A stretch of 64,000 nt of DNA from Bugula neritina (taxonomy: Eukaryota > Animalia > Bryozoa), in assembly GCA_964035545.1 (NCBI GenBank), contig OZ037768.1, forward strand, positions 5,612,741-5,676,740, written 5' to 3'. Under the pieces are notes generated by a model. It ran no database searches, was not told the DNA's origin, and saw only the letters and a program-made list of their open reading frames with translations. This document shows positions 24,985 to 64,000 of the stretch, piece by piece; within the stretch, counting starts at the first letter, position 1, and every line of letters begins with the position of its first letter. The position numbers were made by a program, and so were the translations under genes.

Positions 24985-27900
24985 ATGAAAACGATATCAA
25001 CAAAGAACCCGCCAGGTATGTACATATAATAGTAACTCTATTTCATCAAGTTTCTCTGTATGGATACATATAATTTAGCTTTGTTAAAATAGTATATTAG
25101 TAGTCTGTGATTTATATTTATTACAATGTTCAAGTTCAACTTTGAACATTTGTAGAATTGTAGTATATGTGAGTGTTCAGTCATAAGTTTTAAGCTTCAA
25201 CACTGTAGCATATATAATATACATCATACAATATATCGTAAACATTGCAGTTAAATGTTTTAGAGTAATGCCGTAATATTGTTAATATAGCATAAACACA
25301 AATGCTTTAATCGTTTTAGTAATAAAAAGAGAAAAATCAAGAAAATCTACGAAAGATAAGAAAAAACAACTAGCATTAACCAATCAGTGGTAAGCCTTTA
25401 ATAATTACTGTATAAATATTAATAAACTCTTTATATACTCTTTTGGTGACGAGTTTGTTTTAGTTAAAAAGTCTTATATGATTTTCTAATACACCGTGTT
25501 GCTATAAACAACTGCAGAAAGCAAGAAAGACATCTCATTTTACTTTAATTGAAAATCTAGTTTATATGATATTGTTAATATGTTGCAATTTTCATATGTA
25601 CAGGCTAGATGAGAATTATTGCATTTGCGATGGAGTGTGCATACCCCGATGCATTCTTTACTCCCAGTACCTTGACTTTTGCCAAGCACACAGTCTATTT
25701 CCTGCATGTGCTGCTACTTTTGGAAAAATCATTAGACAAAAGTTTCCAAATATTACTACAAGAAGACTTGGCACCAGAGGCCACTCTAAGTAAGCAACTA
25801 CTGCACTAATATATGTTATATTAGTTAACAGTAATATAGAACTTGCACAGTGAAAAGACACAAAGATATTAACACCATTTAGGTGCTAAATGCCATTTTG
25901 TATAATTACTGGTAGCTTTATGTTATATGTGGGATATGACACTCTGTACATATGCCATTACTATGGCCTATGTGCCATATGACAATATATACAGATGTTA
26001 CTACTGTGTTGTATGTACCTATTATGACATTATTTATAGGTATCACTGTATACTACTTGTACTGTAACACACTCTGTATAGGTGCCAGTAAGTGCTATAT
26101 GACACTCTGTACAGGTACCACTATATGCTATATGTATTATATGACACTCTGTACAGGTACCACTATATGTACGGTAACACACTCTGTACAGGTACCACTG
26201 TATGTACTATATGACACTATGTACAGGTACCACTATATATACTATATGACACTCTGTACAGGTACCACTATTATGGCATATGCATTAAAGAGACTAGTCA
26301 GTATTACCACTCGCTGTATTCTGGTGGAGGACTCACAAGGTAAACATTATAATTATATATCTTTTATTTACACAGCAATGCAAAATATTTACAAACATTG
26401 GTATTTAAATGTCAACTTTTATTAGTCAATTCTTTATTCAATACTTACTGTGCAACTTGTGACATTAGTGGCAGCAATAGTATGTATGTCAATATGTATA
26501 ATATTTTGTTGTAAGTGCATTTTTTCTCATTTGTTATCTCATGCAATAAAGTATAGAATTTCTGTTTAAACTGTTTTGTGTAATCATTCTCATTAAAGTT
26601 AATTAATATTTTTAGATTTTCTGGATCAAAGTTTCTAAATGAGGTAAATAAAATATCTGACCTAAAAATATAGCAAAAGGCATGTGTTGGTTTAACAATA
26701 TATTGTGGGGGTTGATTGGGTTTTGTCACAACAAATTTTTGTAATGATTACAACTTATTTAATCTCGTATTTTAAAAAATTTCAGTTCATTAAAATATAA
26801 TAGTTTTTATTTTCTTAAAGGCAGTAGTCAGAAATACAAGCTATGCATTTTTTTTTAATTTGTAGTACGTTGTGATATATGTAGCCATACAGCTATTAAA
26901 CTGATATGCACTGATTATTATATTAAATAAATTTAATAATGCTAAAAGGTACACTAATAGGTTTCAATTTTTCTAAATATATTCCACATAACTTCAAGCA
27001 GCTCAGAATGTTAGCTGTAGAAATTTGGGAAATTTATTCCAATTAACATACAGTTGAAACTGGTTTTACACACAAATTCAAACCCATATACTGAATATTA
27101 TAACCATTGAAATGTTTCTAGGGGGGTTTTACCAGAAAATATTTCTTGTCGTCACAAACTGGACTATCTTTACCTGATTTCCCCTCTTGCTATAACTTCA
27201 ACCTACCAGCTAGTATAAACTCTGCAAAGGTAGGTCTTCAGTGACATATTACATATGTGTACGTGCACAACTCAAAGTATTCTAATGAGAGGTCAATTTA
27301 TGCTGCCAACGAAAAACATAAAGCTCAAGTAAATTGTTTGTACTATGAAAATTTGATATTAAAATTGTATTCTATATCAGAATGTTTTTCCAAATTATAT
27401 TACAATTTTATTGACTATGAATATCTAATAAATCCAATCAACTACCTTCATTATCTTTTTATACAGCTGCTACTGCTTTATTTTCATTTATCTCAATGAG
27501 TAAAATATTGTTTGTATTTCATTTCAAATTTTAATAAAAAAAGTGTAATACTACGTGCTGACTTTAATTAGTTCTTTATCTAGCAGACGATAAATCTACG
27601 CTCATGTAATTTAGCCTTTAAAAGCACTATTCATTATCAAACGCTGTTGTAGAATATAAACAAAGCGAGCTTGCTACTGCCTACAAGGTCAACAAATATA
27701 GCATCTTAAAATTGCGTTTAAATGTTTTAATCTACAACAACAAAATGTTGAAACTCAATATTACCTCAACCAGCTTGTGTTATATCAACTCATGATTACA
27801 GGGCTACCAGTTCATATTCCTGTGGTTTTTGTCTCTTGTCTTGTGCAAATATCAGTGCGACTGAAGCACTCGAGCATTTTGATTTATGGCTGTTTGATAA

Positions 27901-30900
27901 GACTGATTCAGAAAAAGCAAATCTATTCTCATATCATTGTTTTGTTTGTTTGTGTGAAGAGGCTTTAATCATCAAAGCAATAAAATCATAAGTATATCGG
28001 TTTTGCTTAAATTTTTAACAGTGAATCTTGAAGAAAGTTTGAAGATATTTCTCAGTTTATTGTTTTACCTTGTTGTGTACATCATTATTGTGAACCATTA
28101 TCTCTATGAGAAATACTATCTTCATGAGGTAATGATCAGTGCTAAATGAGAAGATGTTAGCATATGCATTGTAATGCTCTACAAGTGTAATTATATTACA
28201 TGTTACTACAATAAGTTGAGCTTAATATTACTCATGTTTCAAGAATTTTGTATGTATAACATAATAATTATGCATGTGCCACTAGCCTAGTGGTAAACGT
28301 TGTACTATGAAATATTTTTTTATCTAAAAATGCCCACACAATTAATCATGTTTATAGATTGTCAACTGTACGGAATGTAATGTATGTTTCAAGTCTTTTG
28401 GTTGTATAATATTCATATTGTATTTATTTTAGCTGGAAACCTTTCTGATGATGTACAAAGGTCATAGCCAATGCATTCTGGATTGTACCATAGCCACCCA
28501 ATATAAAGAGGTTAGTCTATTTATCAAGTTAGTTAGTTCTAGAAATAAACTTCTGGTGGCATGAAAATATCACACACTACAAGTTATGCAATTTTGTTTC
28601 AGAAATTTTAAAAGCACTGCTTGCAAATATTATATAATACAGACTGTCACAAACAACATAAACTAATACAAATTGTTTACTGTTGCCTAAATGTTAGGTT
28701 GTTTGGTAACCACAGAGGCTTAGGATGGTCTGTATTCAGTTGTGTTGGTATTTAGCTGTTATGTTTTGTGGCCCTTAAGTTTATCAGTTATTGATTGTAA
28801 CATTTTTATAGACAAGTAAGTTGTGTACTTTTTAGCAATTATTTATATTTGCCTACATTTACAATCTTTAGCTGAATATATTAGTTTGAAATTGCGTAAC
28901 TAAAATACAGGTATTTTATGCTTTTTAAATTTTATACATACACACAAAATCTGTGCTTAGACAAATATTTTATGTTCAGACCCAAACTGGTTTTTGGCAG
29001 GCCAACATTATCGTTCCTGTTGTGTTTTGATATATAGAAATATTTATTGCCGCAGACTGAAAGAAAGTAGCAATGTGAAAAGGTTGTATCATAAGTTATA
29101 TGTTGCAAGTTGCTAGTGTCAAGCAAGTGAAAATGCTGGATTTTTATACTAGTCAAAAAAGTTAGCTATTGTGCAGTAGCCATAATGAGTGTAGAAAAAG
29201 CATAATATGGCTGGCATAGCTGTGGTGATACATGAAAAGCTTTAATGCATTAAGGAAAAACTTTTCCAACTCATGTAAAGTCTCAACAGTTCCACTGACA
29301 TCATTCATTGTATTTATTAGATACCAGCCTATCTCACTCATTTCTGGCAAGGAATTCCAGACCACCTTGTTCCTCTATTTGATGAGCAGTTAATTATCAA
29401 CCTCATTGCGTACTGTGACACTCTTCTGTACAACAGTCTAATAGATGTGCTTGTACCGGCCTCTATGCAAGAAGTATCTCAACAGTAAGTAAAGTACATA
29501 CATATACAATACGTACAGTACATACATATACAATACATACAGTACATACATCTGTGGTAGGTACAGTAGATACACCTGTGGTAGGTACAGTACGTACATC
29601 TGTGGTAGGTACAGTACATACATCTGTGGTAGGTACAGTACATACACCTGTGGTAGGTACAGTACATACATCTGTGGTAGGTACAGTACATACACCTGTG
29701 ATAGGTACAGTAGATACATACACCTGTGGTAGGTACAGTAGATACATCTGTGGTAGGTACAGTACATACATCTGTGGTAGATACAATAGGTACATACATC
29801 TGTGGTAGGTACAGTACATACATCTGTGGTAGGTACAGTACATACATCTGTGGTAAGTATAGTACATAAATATTTGATTCTTATTGGTATGAGTTTATGG
29901 TTGACCTTCAAAGCAAATATGGAAACAGTTTGAGCTTTTACTTGAAATATGGAACTTGGAATAGACCGCCCATATATAAAATCTATTCAAGAGTAACTTT
30001 TATAAAAGAAAATGTTTTATATTTGCTTTGTAGTGAAAAAATGAGATTTAAGTAAAAATATGTGAACAACAGCATTACCCCTCGAGTTGTTTGGTTGAGC
30101 AGTATATTTTCAGGTGTGAAAATATACACCAATTTCAATCACATTAAGTCTTGCAATTATTGTAGAATAATAGTCAAATACATCATACTCTGAACAGCAT
30201 GTATACGAATTATATAATAGGAATTATGCTATTAACTAATTATTTAGATAGAAAAAGGAAACAGAGTTGTGATATTAGTTGAATATTTGCAGGTTATTAT
30301 CAGACATACAAAGACTCGCTGGTCACTGGGAAGGCTGGATGAGTCATGCACTGCAGGGCCTGCCGCCGTCATTTTTCAATAACAAAATGGCCGCTGCTCA
30401 AAACTTTGTCCAAACTTTGAGAAGGCAATCTACATTTTTAAATTTAGCACAGGTATGTTTTCATTCTCTTGTGATAATTATCACATGATTATGCACATGA
30501 CCAACCATATTGGATATGCTTGAAAGTTTACATGATTTAAATTTTAAACTTTCAAAAGTGTTTTTTCATCTAGCATTCTTTATTTATTAGAAAGTTTGAA
30601 ACTTACTATAGAGAGATATTGTTTGAATTGACTTGAAAGATGGTGCTATGGGTATGTTAATAGTTACACATAAAATCTTTATTACTTATGAAACAGATGG
30701 TGAGACCCACGCTGTATGACTGTCAAATGGTAAATCAAATGATTTCTGATATCAATGCTGATCAAGTCCAAGCAAGTGTCCTGTGTGACAGCCAAAAGCC
30801 TGGAGAAACTTCAGTAGATGCAGAGCGTATGTTTATAATAATATGAAACATATTTTATTCTTTTACTTACAACGTATTTAATCATTACAACATGAAGTTT

Positions 30901-33140
30901 AAACTTTTATTTGACAGTAATTTAAATTTTTAGTTTTTAACCAATAATGTAATGCAATTGTTAATGTAATATTATTGTAATTATTAATGTAATGACTAAT
31001 GTAATGTTTATATAATAATTCTAGTTTTCCCACAATTAAAAGAAGTTTTGCAAAAGCAAGCTACTGTAGAAGCATTTACGGAATGGATTGATGCCACACT
31101 TACCCAAAAAGTTATTAAGGTTTGTGTTGAGAAATTAAATAGTAAACTGTTAATATACGTAATGTATCTGGGTTTATGTACAATAGTGCTTATTCTGTCA
31201 TGTATAGTTTCCAGTTCACATGGTGTTTTTGTTAATCACCTCATCTCATCTAATCTATCTTTTTGTTATCATTTATAGTAATATTATAAGCAGTTGGGCC
31301 ATTAACTTTTTCAACATTTTACATGATCATATAACATCATTTCAACTATTGTTATATAAATTAATTGTTTTAGCCAAGTGGAAACAATCACAAACTTTTC
31401 AAAAAGAAAGCCCACACATTTCTAGTTTCCTGGTCTAGATTTTCATCAGGATTAATACAAGCACTGACAATGCGGAATTCTACCAGCTTAGAATCGATCA
31501 ACTTATTGCGTCTGCTTATGGATGAGTACATTATGGTGGCAATCGAGTCTCAAATTCAGGAGCGGACAACTCAAGAACTTGTGACAGAATTGCAGCAGTT
31601 TCTCACACCAACATCAATTGCAAGTAAGCTTCACATGCTGTTGAATAAATCTCGCCACCAAAGTTGTCTTCTCTACCTGCCATGAAACTTTCTCGGACTA
31701 AAAGTTTGGCCAAATTGTTCTATTGAGCGAGTCACATTGTATACATGCAAGATATTACTATGTATTTAAAAGCTATATAAAATCACTATGTTTTGTTTCA
31801 GATTCATCAAATAGCAGTGGGCTGGGTGTTTGCTTGTCTTATCAACATAATATGGCACATACTCACATGCAAGAGAATGCAATTCCTATCAACAATGAAA
31901 TGAGACTACGTCCAATTCCATTTCAACAAGTAAGCGCAGAGTTGGATATTCCACAGCATAGTGACGTTGCTTTATTCACTAGCACATTGTTTTTAACTTT
32001 ATGAAGAGCTGTTAGCATATATCATAGCCATGATTTTATGGCTTCATATTTGCTTTTAGGGTCCTTGTGGATACAGCAGCTTACATTCTGAGCAAATAAA
32101 TCCATCACAAATCTACACGTGGCACCAAAACATGCACACCTATGGAGATGCTATTGGTAATACATGAATGTTTATGTTTCAAATAATTGTGTGTTCTAAA
32201 AACTATAATGCAGTCTTGTATTTATTATAAATAACTAACACATGTTGCTAGTGTGGTTCATGTATGTATGCAATTCATATGTTACTAGAAAGAATATATT
32301 ATAAATGTACAGCAGGTGCTGCTGTAGCTTTACCTTACATGAGAGAGTATGATGTCAGAAGAAGGGAACATGTGCCTCACCACCACCTCTACCAGCCATA
32401 TTCAGCCACAGTAGATGGTATGATGAGACATTCCCATGGTATGCATGTCATTTCTAAATACTTGCATAGTTCAAACAGACAATTCTATTATTATTCAGAT
32501 TATTGCATATAGAGAAAGCATTTACTATCATATATGTGAATTTCTAATTACTTATATGAGTTTGAAAGAATATTTGCTGCAGCCCTACACAAAAATCTGT
32601 GATAGCCATTTTGAAGTATTTGCTGTTTAACCCAAAACTTCATAATTTGGCAAAATGCTACAAGACATATTAACCAGCGGGTCCACTATGTTTGCAAATG
32701 TTTAAACAACACTATAATAAACTTCATTTTTCTTAGTTCAGTAAAATTATTTCAAACATGAGTTACATCTCAATTCTAATTTATTTGTTCTGCATGTGCT
32801 TGAACCATCTAAGCTGGAGTTTTAATGAGAAAAATGCATTTTTGAGATAAAAGATGTAATCATTAAAGTACAAATGCTATTTCACTATTGATGTGTTCAA
32901 CTTGGTATAAAAATCACTATTTTTTGATTAGAATGTGCCACTAGATATAATTTGATATTAATTTCAGGTAAATTCCCCATTGGCCATCTCCGATTTTTCT
33001 TTACTTCTAAAAGTTATTATATATTCAACATGTTCTGTGATGTTATAGAATTCATAGCCCCAGATGTCAATTCTAACTTCGACAATATACTACAAGAAGG
33101 CATGCCACACCTCCCCCCTATTGGACATGTTCTGTACTAA
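24985..33140 (+). CDS. RFX6: RFX-family winged-helix transcription factor RFX6; 16 coding exons, ~606 aa
   Basis: Exons 24985-25015, 25320-25389, 25604-25789, 26262-26339, 26616-26643, 27122-27229, 28433-28510, 29321-29484, 30293-30452, 30697-30826, 31025-31119, 31374-31623, 31802-31929, 32060-32156, 32313-32438 and 33049-33140 are in frame. DNA-binding domain [38 protein letters not shown]...[34 protein letters not shown], then [38 protein letters not shown] and [12 protein letters not shown], which fit RFX6 better than RFX1-3 or RFX4. Confidence 0.92.
25933..26271. repeat. 35-42-bp minisatellite that includes the RFX6 exon-4 splice acceptor
   Basis: Unit tatatgacactctgtacag|gtaccactat. Exact CAG/GTACCACT junctions at 26114/5, 26156/7, 26191/2, 26226/7 and 26261/2 (the last is the real exon start), with more diverged copies upstream. 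Confidence 0.93.
29485..29868. repeat. 24-bp minisatellite (about 13 units) starting at the RFX6 exon-8 donor
   Basis: Unit gtaggtacagtacatacatctgtg. Source of the spurious ORFs at 29438-29911. Confidence 0.95.
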
Positions 33141-33320
33141 AGTCTTGCACTAACTAATTTTTATCTCAAATCTTTGAACTTCTTGCCACTATAATAGCTT
33201 TTAGTTATTGATATTCTTTCTAATTTATTTTAAAATGTTGATGCACTTGCAAGTCATTGAGTTTTGCAAAACTAATTATATTTTATAACTTATATGCATA
33301 AAATATGTTAGCAGTAGTAT

Positions 33321-33338
33321 TAAATAAATTTATTTATT
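33321..33338. terminator. Candidate bidirectional polyadenylation signal (RFX6 plus, dynein minus)
   Basis: Perfect 16-bp palindrome TAAATAAATTTATTTA (33321-33336). AATAAA on plus at 33323-33328, and on minus at 33329-33334 and 33333-33338. It lies within the 272 bp between the two stop codons. Confidence 0.55.
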
Positions 33339-33412
33339 GATGAGCGTTATATTATGATTTATTACATGCATATTTCAAATAAATAGTAAACCAATATTGG
33401 GAGTTGCTTCTC

Positions 33413-63823
<30,411 letters not shown>

Positions 63824-64000
63824 CTGCAGTCACAGTTCAGAATACAGAAAACCTGTCTAAAATGTTATGTTATTATGAATTTCGCTAGGCATTTATACAC
63901 TTGTTTTAGATTCTAACCAAAAATTATCAGCTTAAAACTCACTTTGGAGGAGGCAATTTCCAAAAAACATCAAAAACTTAATTTTTTAACTAGAAACTAG

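Noticed and set aside
28281-28310. tRNA A-box-like TAGCCTAGTGGTAAA
   Set aside because: No B box or cloverleaf follows. At most a SINE scrap, not a tRNA gene.
29438-29911. Cys/Tyr/His-rich ORFs that resemble metal-binding repeat proteins
   Set aside because: Frames of the 24-bp minisatellite, with no independent gene structure.

Overview
AT-rich, intron-dense eukaryotic genomic DNA from an invertebrate animal. A spiralian/lophotrochozoan origin is my inference only. I spliced six genes by hand using splice sites and reading frame: WDR88 (minus, 3' end outside the window), SMARCD/BAF60 (minus, complete), an NF-kB-inducing kinase MAP3K14/NIK orthologue (plus, ~1076 aa, head-to-head with SMARCD), RFX6 (plus, ~606 aa), the 3' ~50 exons of an outer-arm dynein heavy chain DNAH5/8 (minus, tail-to-tail with RFX6), and a 381-aa class A GPCR nested on the SAME strand inside the largest dynein intron. 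Main points of interest: (1) the NIK carries an N-terminal CBP/p300-type TAZ zinc finger and has Gly at the activation-segment Thr position; (2) the same-strand nested GPCR; (3) two frame-preserving, charged short exons in SMARCD with downstream RBFOX motifs, missed by the ORF track; (4) RFX6 minisatellites made of tandem copies of a splice acceptor and of a splice donor; (5) mirror-image hexamer arrays flanking the SMARCD/NIK divergent promoter; (6) a palindromic two-way poly(A) signal between RFX6 and dynein; (7) three GC-AG introns. Homology calls come from remembered motifs, not database searches. Most short ORFs in the supplied track are antisense shadows of exons or repeat artefacts.
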